The notes below the pieces were generated by a model. The model had not been told where the DNA came from. It ran no database searches and was given only the letters and a program-made list of their open reading frames with translations. DNA of 51,783 nt from Nocardioides sp. (GTDB taxonomy: Bacteria > Actinomycetota > Actinomycetes > Propionibacteriales > Nocardioidaceae): contig JAOPXG010000405.1 in assembly GCA_025965275.1 (NCBI GenBank), positions 1 through 51,783 of the forward strand, read 5' to 3'. Position 1 is the first letter of the stretch. Each line of letters opens with the position of its first letter. The position numbers were made by a program, and so were the translations under genes. Below, in pieces: positions 1 through 7,244 of the stretch.

Positions 1-491
1 CGCCGCGGGAGCGACCAACGCGTGATCGGGTGGCCCGGCGCGCAGGTCCTTGTAGTTCGGCTCAGCCCCCTGTGCGGCGACCGGCTGGGGCTTCGACCCG
101 GCTCAAGGTGGTGGCGTGCTGATGGGCGCGGTTGATCGTGGAGTCGACAGAGACGTTCCACTCGACCCGTCCGTCGGCGTCGGCCTCGACGATCAGGCGG
201 GCGTGGATCTTGTCCCAGGTGCCGTCAGTGCTGAATCGCTTGTGGCGCTTCCAGATCGTCTGACACGGTCCGAAGGAGTCAGGCAGGTCGCGCCAGGCGA
301 TCCCGGTCCGGAGCCGGTAGACGATGCCCTCGATGACCTGACGGTGATCACGAAACGGCCGTCCCCGCTGACCCGCCGAAGAAGGCATCAACGGCTCAAT
401 TCGAGCCCACTGAGCGTCAGTCAGCACCGCAGAACGCGCCATGCGTCATCAATCTCCACTCGACGCCGCGTTCTTTGGGAGACACGCCCTA
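1..491 (-). mobile_element. IS5-family insertion sequence, left end only (runs off the window), probably degenerate
   Basis: Transposase ORF 62-442; terminal sequence GGGCGTGTCTCCCAAAG (489 to 473, minus strand) next to TA/CTAG at 489-492; second-ORF motifs PDHAL and GRSRG present in 1-40 but in different frames. Confidence 0.85.
62..442 (-). CDS. IS5-family transposase, N-terminal ORF
   Basis: LTDAQWARIEPLMP, GRPFRDHRQVIEGIVYRLRTGIAWRDLP, W-RF--DGTW, VSVDSTINRAHQHA are typical IS5 transposase motifs. Confidence 0.92.
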   Translation of the reverse strand: MARSAVLTDAQWARIEPLMPSSAGQRGRPFRDHRQVIEGIVYRLRTGIAWRDLPDSFGPCQTIWKRHKRFSTDGTWDKIHARLIVEADADGRVEWNVSVDSTINRAHQHATTLSRVEAPAGRRTGG

Positions 492-555
492 GTCGCTGCC
501 TCGAACGAGGCCCCCGCCCTGCCGCTGACCTGCAGCGGAGCGGGGGCCTCTCCTG

Positions 556-650
556 CGTGGACCTGCGGCCCGGAGGGCAACGAGTTCTGCATCGAGCGCG
601 GGCGGGCCGAGACCGTGCCCCGATTGCCGCGAGCCTTCCGGCTCGGCTGA
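556..650 (+). pseudogene. C-terminal remnant of a VOC/glyoxalase-family gene
   Basis: Translation WTCGPEGNEFCIERG resembles the VOC C-terminal DPEGNEFC motif; no intact N-terminus, and the IS end lies just upstream. Confidence 0.55.
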
Positions 651-667
651 CGGCGTAACCCGGGCGT

Positions 668-686
668 CGTTCGTCCTGGCCGAACG
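668..686. promoter_or_regulatory. Candidate IclR operator upstream of the demethylase gene
   Basis: CGTTCG-TCCTGGC-CGAACG inverted repeat; the same motif occurs twice at 6896-6929. Confidence 0.7.
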
Positions 687-803
687 TTGTCCTTCCACTG
701 CGCGGTGCTGGGCTCCTACCGTCGCGAAGCGGTTGGTGGACCGACCCAGACAGACGGCGGCTAGACCGCGTCCCCCACGAGAAGCAGCGACGAGGAGTCC
801 AGG

Positions 804-2192
804 ATGAGCGACCGGCGAGAGCCCCAGACGCTTCAGGAACTGATCGACACCACCCCCAGCTTCGTCGATCACCTGTACGGCAACCGCAAGGGCTCGGTGG
901 TCCGTGACGCGATCCAGCGGCAGCCCCCACAGTTCATCTCCCCGGAATTCACCAACTGGCGCGACGAGCAACGGGCATGGCGCGAGACGGTGGCGCTGTA
1001 CGACCAGTCCTTCCACATGACCGAGACCTACGTGCGCGGCAAGGACGCGATGCCCTTCTTCGAGTCGCTGGGCATGAACGGCTTCAAGACCTTCGGCCCG
1101 AACCGGGCCCGTCACTTCCTGCCCTGCACTCCCGCGGGCCACGTCATCGGCGACGGCATCCTGTACTGCGAGAACCCCGACGAGATCACCCTGGTGGGCC
1201 GCGCGGCCGGCCACAACTGGATCGCGTTCCAGGCCGAGACGGGGAGCTGGGACGTCAGCGCCGAGCGCGACGAGATCTTCTCGGCCAACCCGGCCGGCCG
1301 GCGGAAGGTCTACCGCTTCCAGCTCGAAGGTCCCCATGCGTTCGACCTCTTGGAGACGCTGACCGGTGAGCCCCTGCCCGACACACGCGCGTTCCACATC
1401 ATCCAGCTGACCATCGCCGGCCACCGGGTCTCGGCGCTCCGGCACACGATGGCCGGAGGACCCGGCTACGAGCTCTACGGCCCCTGGGACGAGGGCGGCG
1501 AGGTCAAGGCTGCCATCCTCGAGGCCGGCGAGGCCTTCGGACTGCGGCAGGTGGGTTCGATGGCCTATTTCACCACCGCTGTCGAGCTCGGCTGGATCGC
1601 CCGCCCGCTGCCGGGAATCTTCACCGACGAGGCTCTTCGCCCCTTCCGCGAGTGGTTGCCCGCCACCTGCGAGGAGGCAAGCTGGTCGATCGGAGGCAGC
1701 TTCTACTCCCCGTCAATCGAGGACTACTACTTCACGCCGTACGAGCTCGGCTACGGCCACCTGATCAAGCTGAACCACGACTTCGTCGGACGAGGCGCCC
1801 TCGAGCGGATGGCCGGGGACAACCACCGCCGCAAGGTCACCCTGGAGTGGGATGCCGACGACTTCGGGCGCGTCTGCGCGTCGTACCTCACGCCTGGCGA
1901 GCCGTCCGCGAAGTACATCGACCTGCCTCGGGCCAACTACTCCACGTGGCAGTACGACGCCGTGCTGGACGACCGAGGCCGCACCGTCGGCGTCGCCAAC
2001 TACACCTGCGCGAGCTGGAACGAGCGGGCGATGCTGTCGGTCGCCGTCGTCGAGGCGGAGCACGCCGAGCCCGGCAAGCAGCTGACCCTCGTGTGGGGAG
2101 AACCCGACGGCGGGGCCAAGAGCGCCCCCTGGTTGGAGCCGCACCGTCAGATGGAGATCCGCGCCACTGTGGTCAAGAGCTACGCCGACTGA
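804..2192 (+). CDS. Tetrahydrofolate-dependent aryl demethylase, LigM/DesA-like (aminomethyltransferase/GcvT family)
   Basis: PEFTNWRDEQRAW, DQSFHM, GHVIGDGI, VGRA, RFQLEGP, VGSMAY, IGGSFYSPSIEDYY, LVWGEPDGG, EPHRQ are colinear with Sphingobium LigM as recalled; GGAG RBS upstream. Confidence 0.9.
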   Translation: MSDRREPQTLQELIDTTPSFVDHLYGNRKGSVVRDAIQRQPPQFISPEFTNWRDEQRAWRETVALYDQSFHMTETYVRGKDAMPFFESLGMNGFKTFGPNRARHFLPCTPAGHVIGDGILYCENPDEITLVGRAAGHNWIAFQAETGSWDVSAERDEIFSANPAGRRKVYRFQLEGPHAFDLLETLTGEPLPDTRAFHIIQLTIAGHRVSALRHTMAGGPGYELYGPWDEGGEVKAAILEAGEAFGLRQVGSMAYFTTAVELGWIARPLPGIFTDEALRPFREWLPATCEEASWSIGGSFYSPSIEDYYFTPYELGYGHLIKLNHDFVGRGALERMAGDNHRRKVTLEWDADDFGRVCASYLTPGEPSAKYIDLPRANYSTWQYDAVLDDRGRTVGVANYTCASWNERAMLSVAVVEAEHAEPGKQLTLVWGEPDGGAKSAPWLEPHRQMEIRATVVKSYAD

Positions 2193-2200
2193 GGCGCGGG

Positions 2201-3070
2201 ATGTCCCCCACCCCGCGCGAGGGCATGTCTGCCCAGGTGGCCCTCGTCCACGACTTCTCACTCGAGATCACCGGCAAGGACAGCGGCTCGCTGCTGGAGG
2301 CCGGCGCCCTCATCCCCGCCGGCACCCGGGTCAACGTGACCTACCTGGCCCAGGAGGACCTCCAGCTCCGCGTGGCCGCGGCCCGCGCGGTCCGCGAGCT
2401 CGGGTTCGTGGCGGTCCCGCACGTGTCCGCACGCCGTCTCAGGAGCCGGGCCGAGCTCGACCAGTTCGTCGGGGCTCTCCGGGCCGACGGCAACGCCGAC
2501 CACCTCTTCCTGGTGGCGGGTGACCCGCGGACCCCCGAGGGGCCGTTCCCGGACACCGTGGCGCTCATCGAGTCCGGTGTGCTGGAGCACCACGACGTCC
2601 GCGAGGTGGGCATCTCCGGATACCCCGAAGGACACCCGCACATCCCCGACCACCTGCTGTGGCGCTCGCTGGAGGACAAGGTGGCCGCCCTGCACCAGCG
2701 GGCCGTCGAGGCGAGCGTGATCACGCAGTTCGGCTTCGACGCCGACCACGTGCTCGCGTGGGCGGAGCAGGTGCGGCAGCGCGGCGTCACGGTGCCGGTG
2801 CGGGTAGGGGTGCCCGGCCCGGCCGGCGCGAAGCGACTCCTCGCCTACGCGACCCGGTTCGGCGTCGGGACCAGCGCCGGGATCGCCAAGAAGTACGGGC
2901 TCTCGCTCACCAACCTGATGACCAGCACCGGGCCGGACCGGTTCATCCACGCCCTGGGTGAGCGGTACGACCCGCGACGCCACGGTGAGCTCCGGCTGCA
3001 CTTCTACACCTTCGGCGGCGTCGAGGCGACGGCCGACTGGGTCCGTCAGTTCCGGGGGTCCGCGTCGTGA
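2201..3070 (+). CDS. metF: Methylenetetrahydrofolate reductase of the type that accompanies LigM (alternative start 2225)
   Basis: FSLEITGKD, VPHVSARR, LVAGD, ISGYPEGHP, ITQFGFD, VGVPGPA, LHFYTFGG; directly downstream of the demethylase. Confidence 0.88.
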   Translation: MSPTPREGMSAQVALVHDFSLEITGKDSGSLLEAGALIPAGTRVNVTYLAQEDLQLRVAAARAVRELGFVAVPHVSARRLRSRAELDQFVGALRADGNADHLFLVAGDPRTPEGPFPDTVALIESGVLEHHDVREVGISGYPEGHPHIPDHLLWRSLEDKVAALHQRAVEASVITQFGFDADHVLAWAEQVRQRGVTVPVRVGVPGPAGAKRLLAYATRFGVGTSAGIAKKYGLSLTNLMTSTGPDRFIHALGERYDPRRHGELRLHFYTFGGVEATADWVRQFRGSAS

Positions 3071-3116
3071 GGCACCGTGGCCGGGGGGAAGCTCACCGAG
3101 GGCGGCGGTGGTCGTC

Positions 3117-3917
3117 CTACCCGGTCGCCACCCCGTCCGCCACGTCGACGAGGGCGCGTGAGATCCGCTCCCCCGCACGCAGCAGGGGGGCCACCATGTG
3201 GTTGCCCCGGGCTCCGAGGACCCGTTGGGTGGGGCCGGCGATGGAGACGGCGCCGACGGCCCGGGCGGCGTCGCCGCTCCGCACGAGCACGGGCACCGCG
3301 ATCGACGACAGACCGATCTCGAACTCCTCCTCCGCGCTGGCCCAACCACGCTCGCGGACGATGGCGAGGGCGGCCCGGTAACGCTCGGGATCCATCACGG
3401 TGTGCGGCGTGTGCCGACGGAATCCCGCATTGAGGACCGCCTGCTCGACGACCGGGTTGAAGGCCGCAATCGCCCGGCCACAGCTGGACGAGTGGCCGGG
3501 TACCCGACGGAACGCCTCGGTGTGGAACCGCAACCCGTGGGTGGTGCCCTCGAGCCGGTCGACGTAGAGCACCTGCGAGCCGAGCGGGATCCCGAGCTGG
3601 ACCGTCTCGCTGACCCGGTCGCGGAGCTCACCGAGGACGGGAAGCGCCAGCTCCTTGAGCAGCAGGCGGTCGGCCGCCAGCTGCCCGTACTCGAAGAGCC
3701 GGATGCCGAGCCGGTAGCGGCCGTTCGGCCGACGCTCCAGCAGGCCCCCCGCGGCCAGGGTGGCCAGCATTCGGCTGGCGGTGCTCTTCGCGATGCCGAC
3801 TTGTCGCGCGATGTCGGACGCACCGCACTCGTCCGTACCGGTGAAGCACTCGAGCACGCCCATGGCGATCGTCACCGATCGCAGGCCCCGGGGGTCCTGG
3901 GTAGCGAGCTCGTCCAC
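3117..3917 (-). CDS. IclR-family transcriptional regulator
   Basis: HTH SDIARQVGIAKSTASRMLATL, YRLG, effector domain ETVQL...SSCGRA...EEFEIGLSSIAVPV; GTG start at 3917 preceded by TGTAAT (start uncertain). Confidence 0.92.
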   Translation of the reverse strand: MDELATQDPRGLRSVTIAMGVLECFTGTDECGASDIARQVGIAKSTASRMLATLAAGGLLERRPNGRYRLGIRLFEYGQLAADRLLLKELALPVLGELRDRVSETVQLGIPLGSQVLYVDRLEGTTHGLRFHTEAFRRVPGHSSSCGRAIAAFNPVVEQAVLNAGFRRHTPHTVMDPERYRAALAIVRERGWASAEEEFEIGLSSIAVPVLVRSGDAARAVGAVSIAGPTQRVLGARGNHMVAPLLRAGERISRALVDVADGVATG

Positions 3918-4006
3918 GCCGCCGATTACACCGTGGCGGGAGGGAGCCGTCCAGTGTCTGGTCACCGGTCACCGACCAGGAGGCCGGCGGCCTCGGCCGG
4001 GCGCGA

Positions 4007-5065
4007 TCATCGACTCGCCTGGAAGGCGTACTTGAGGGCGAACGACGCGGAGTTCCAGGCTGCCGGCTGCCCGGCATTCCCCTCGACGGTGACCGGCCGC
4101 GACTGCACGACGTGCACGGGCCCTCCGGGCTTCCGGTCCTGGGACAGCACCCATTCGACGTCGACGGCGTGGCCGTAGTGCCGCTCGACGCGCCGGACGG
4201 TGTCGGCGATGGCCTGCAGCTCCTCGTCGTCGAGGACTCGGGTCTCCTGCAGCTCCGCCGGCATCTCGCGCTCGGTGACCCGCCGACTGGCCGGGTCGTA
4301 GTCGGAGATCACCTTCTTCGTGGCGACCGTGTAGCGCAGGGGTCGGAGGTCCGACTTGCCGACCTCGCCCCGGTCGGGCGTGACCAGCCCCTGGACCACG
4401 GCTTCCCCCCACCCCCACGAGCCCTCGACCACGATCCGGTCGGACTTGCCGCTGACCGGGTGCACCGAGAACGCGACCCCGGACGCTCTGGCGTGGACGA
4501 GCTCGAGGACGCCCACCGCCATCGGCATGTCCTGGTGCGAAGTCCCCCGCTCCAGCCGGTAGCGCAGCGCGCGGGGCCCGAACAGGCTTGCCCAGCAGTC
4601 ACGCGCAGCGTCGATCACCTCGGCTGCGCCGCTGATTCCCAGGTAGCTCTCGAAGATGCCGGCGAAGCTCGACTGGGCGCCGTCCTCTCCGGTCGCCGAG
4701 CTCCGTACGGCGACCAGGAGCGCCTCGTCCCGGCGGCGCTCGCACAGGTCGGCGTACCGTTGGGCGACGGCGTCGCAGAGCTCACTGGTCACGGCGACCT
4801 CGCGGATCGCCCCCACCAGCTCCTCCGACGCCGCCGTGAGCTGGCGGTCCGTCGGTGTCGCGGGAAGGGAGCGGAGGATGCCGGCGATCTGCTCGTCCAG
4901 CCCCGACGCCCGGAAGTGGGTCCGGTAGGCCTCGACGCCCAGGACGAAGCCGCCGGGCACGACCGTCCCGGCGGCCCTCATCTCCACCAGCCTCCCGATT
5001 TTCGCCCCGCCGACCGCCGTCGCCGTGTCCGGGCTGAGGTCGGCGAGGTCCAGGACGAGCGTCAC
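4007..5065 (-). CDS. PEP/pyruvate-binding (ATP-grasp) subunit of a split PEP-synthase-like phosphotransferase (PpsB/CreI/HpeI-like)
   Basis: VGGAK, VAVRSSATGEDGAQSSFAG, CWASLF, ASGVAFSVHPVSG, WGWGEAVVQGLVTPD, DVEW, VQSRPVT; GTG start overlaps upstream TGA (GTGA); no phospho-His domain. Confidence 0.88.
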   Translation of the reverse strand: MTLVLDLADLSPDTATAVGGAKIGRLVEMRAAGTVVPGGFVLGVEAYRTHFRASGLDEQIAGILRSLPATPTDRQLTAASEELVGAIREVAVTSELCDAVAQRYADLCERRRDEALLVAVRSSATGEDGAQSSFAGIFESYLGISGAAEVIDAARDCWASLFGPRALRYRLERGTSHQDMPMAVGVLELVHARASGVAFSVHPVSGKSDRIVVEGSWGWGEAVVQGLVTPDRGEVGKSDLRPLRYTVATKKVISDYDPASRRVTEREMPAELQETRVLDDEELQAIADTVRRVERHYGHAVDVEWVLSQDRKPGGPVHVVQSRPVTVEGNAGQPAAWNSASFALKYAFQASR

Positions 5066-6819
5066 GCGGGTACCTCGTCCGGCCGGTCGGCCCTTTTGAA
5101 GACCGTGACCGTGCCGTTCGTCCCGTCGACCTCCACCTCGTCGCCGTCGCTGATCACGACGGTGGCCAGGCCCACGGCGGTGACCGTCGGCACGCCGTAC
5201 TCGCGCCCGACGATCGCGGCGTGGGACAGCGTCCCTCCTCCGTCGCAGACGCAGGCGGCGATCTTGGCGAAGGCGGGCGTCCAGTTCGGAGACGTCGACT
5301 CGCATACGAGGATCTCGCCGGGCTGGACCCGGTGGAGCTCATCGGCGTTCGAGAGCACCCGCGCGATGCCGCGGGCGGTGCCCCGGGCGGCGGCGACCCC
5401 CGACAGGGTCTTGACGTCACTGTCGTCCCCCGCCGCCTGGACCGCCTTGAGGAAGTGCGAGTTCAGTCCGAAGATCTCGATGAGGATCGGGTCGGTCACC
5501 GCCTCCGGGATGGTGCCGAGCACCTTCGGCATGCTCGCCCGGCGCTCGTACCAGTGGTCGAAGTACTGCTTGCGGTCGTGGACGAGGCCCTTGAACTCGG
5601 AGAACTTCCTCTCCCCGTCGACCACCTGGAGGAGCTCGGGCCAGAACAGAAAGATGGTGTCGTCGGACGCGTCGGCGCCGACCACCTCGGCGATCTGCTG
5701 GGTGGCCCAGCGCATCGGGAGGGACACCCGCAGGTCGATGTAGTAGTTGTGGTCGTCCTGCCACCAGGGGAAGTTGGCCGCCTGGCACGACGCCAGGCCG
5801 GCGTCGAAGACCTGCTGCTCCTCCCGGGAGAGGGACGATCGCGCCGCATCGATCGCGGTCTCGCGCTCCTCGACGGCGTTCGCGAGTGCCGCCTCGAAGT
5901 CGTGGTCGGACTCCTTGAGAAGGAAGGTCTTCACCATTCCCAGTGCCGGGGTCGGGTCCTCGATCCAGGAGGGCAGGGCGATGTCGCAGGAGCCCTCGGT
6001 GCGGTAGCCGTAGACCCGCAGGAAGTCGTCGAACTCGGTCAGCCAGGTGGAGGCCGCACCTCCGTGCGCCGACAGCGCGGCACGCATCCCGGTGGCGTCG
6101 TGGGCGGCGAAGACCTCGCCGAGACCGGTGCCCCGCGCCTTCCGGGTGAGGTCCCACAGGGCCCGGTCGGTCTCCATGATCTTCGTGTCGTAGCCCTGCA
6201 GGAACTTGGCGATCTCTCCCGGGTCGATGCCCATCTCGGTGCAGGCGCCGTAGAAGCCGACGTAGTTGGCGAGGAGCGGATACATGATCTCGAAGTGGAT
6301 CTCGAACGCGCGCTTGTGGAACTGCCGCGCCTTGCGCAGATAGCCGCCGAGCTCCGCGAGCTCCAGCGACCGCAGGTCGACCGAGTGCAGGTGCGTCCAC
6401 CAGGACTCGACCTCCTCCCGGCGCTCGGCCCAGGTGCCCTCGAAGTTCTCCAGGAAGCGCGGCAGGTTCTGCATCATGCGGCGCGCCCGTTCGCCGATCT
6501 CCCACTCGTCCGTCACGTCGATCGCGGCGGCGTAGGTGTGGGTCCCGGCGATCCGCTGGGTGATGCCCCGGCCGGGCGGCAGCGGCAGCGACTCCGCCGC
6601 GAGCTGGGTCCCCCACGAGTAGCCGTCCTCGTTCCAGATCAGGCCCATCGGCGTGAGACCGCGCGGCCAGTGGAAGTCGATGAACCAGAAGCGCTCTTCG
6701 TCGGCCTTGTCGAAGGTGCGGAACGGCTCCACCACCCAGCCCGCATGGTCCAGAGCCGGCTTGAAACCGGGGTACCACTCATCCGTCACGAACTCGTCGA
6801 CGGGAACGACTGTGGCCAT
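5062..6819 (-). CDS. Phospho-His (swivel) plus substrate-binding subunit of a split phenol-type phosphotransferase (PpsA/CreH/HpeH-like)
   Basis: C-terminal GEILVCESTSPNW...GGTLSHAAIVGREYGVP...VDGTNGTV; helical N-terminal domain with FWFIDFHWP, YGYR, PSWIEDP; AGGAG RBS. Confidence 0.85.
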   Translation of the reverse strand: MATVVPVDEFVTDEWYPGFKPALDHAGWVVEPFRTFDKADEERFWFIDFHWPRGLTPMGLIWNEDGYSWGTQLAAESLPLPPGRGITQRIAGTHTYAAAIDVTDEWEIGERARRMMQNLPRFLENFEGTWAERREEVESWWTHLHSVDLRSLELAELGGYLRKARQFHKRAFEIHFEIMYPLLANYVGFYGACTEMGIDPGEIAKFLQGYDTKIMETDRALWDLTRKARGTGLGEVFAAHDATGMRAALSAHGGAASTWLTEFDDFLRVYGYRTEGSCDIALPSWIEDPTPALGMVKTFLLKESDHDFEAALANAVEERETAIDAARSSLSREEQQVFDAGLASCQAANFPWWQDDHNYYIDLRVSLPMRWATQQIAEVVGADASDDTIFLFWPELLQVVDGERKFSEFKGLVHDRKQYFDHWYERRASMPKVLGTIPEAVTDPILIEIFGLNSHFLKAVQAAGDDSDVKTLSGVAAARGTARGIARVLSNADELHRVQPGEILVCESTSPNWTPAFAKIAACVCDGGGTLSHAAIVGREYGVPTVTAVGLATVVISDGDEVEVDGTNGTVTVFKRADRPDEVPA

Positions 6820-6895
6820 GGGCGACTCTCCTAGGTCTCACCGGGTGACGTGAGTGACGAACGTCGCATCGCGCCCACCTTGGCTCAAGCGGCTC

Positions 6896-6929
6896 GTTCG
6901 CGACAGGAGAACGTTCGCGAGAGCCGAAC
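6896..6929. promoter_or_regulatory. Two abutting candidate IclR operators upstream of the phosphotransferase operon
   Basis: GTTCGCGACAGGAGAAC (6896-6912) and GTTCGCGAGAGCCGAAC (6913-6929). Confidence 0.68.
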
Positions 6930-7244
6930 ACGCCCCTCTCTCCGCGCCCGGCCGGTTCCTGCCCTCGCAGTGGGCCCAACCGTCGCGGGGTTCGTCGGTC
7001 GCATCTGCGCGCGGTCGGCGGTCGCTCGACGCCCCCTTGATCGGGCGGTCCTACGGCAAGTACCTCTCCCCCGGCGTCGTGATGCCCCGCCCCGCGCTCG
7101 CCGGCACCCCGGCGGCGGACTCCGTCGAAGACCATGGCGCTGCGGAGGTGCTGTGGCCTGGAGTTCCCCGATGTCGGTGAAGCCGGTCGTCGAAGACAAG
7201 GTGACACTGACCGGCAACCCAGTTCTCGGAGGGATGGGCGAGAA

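Noticed and set aside
804-2192. Glycine cleavage T protein
   Set aside because: Motifs and length follow LigM/DesA, it is paired with metF, and gcvH/gcvP are absent
4007-6819. Housekeeping PEP synthase or rifampicin phosphotransferase
   Set aside because: No C-terminal pyruvate-binding TIM barrel; split into two genes with the His-domain subunit first; no rifamycin-associated element noticed; aromatic context fits phenol phosphorylases better
6930-7240. Short ORFs 6850-7314 and 6854-7180
   Set aside because: They overlap the operator region and have no recognisable domain; could be a relic but unsupported
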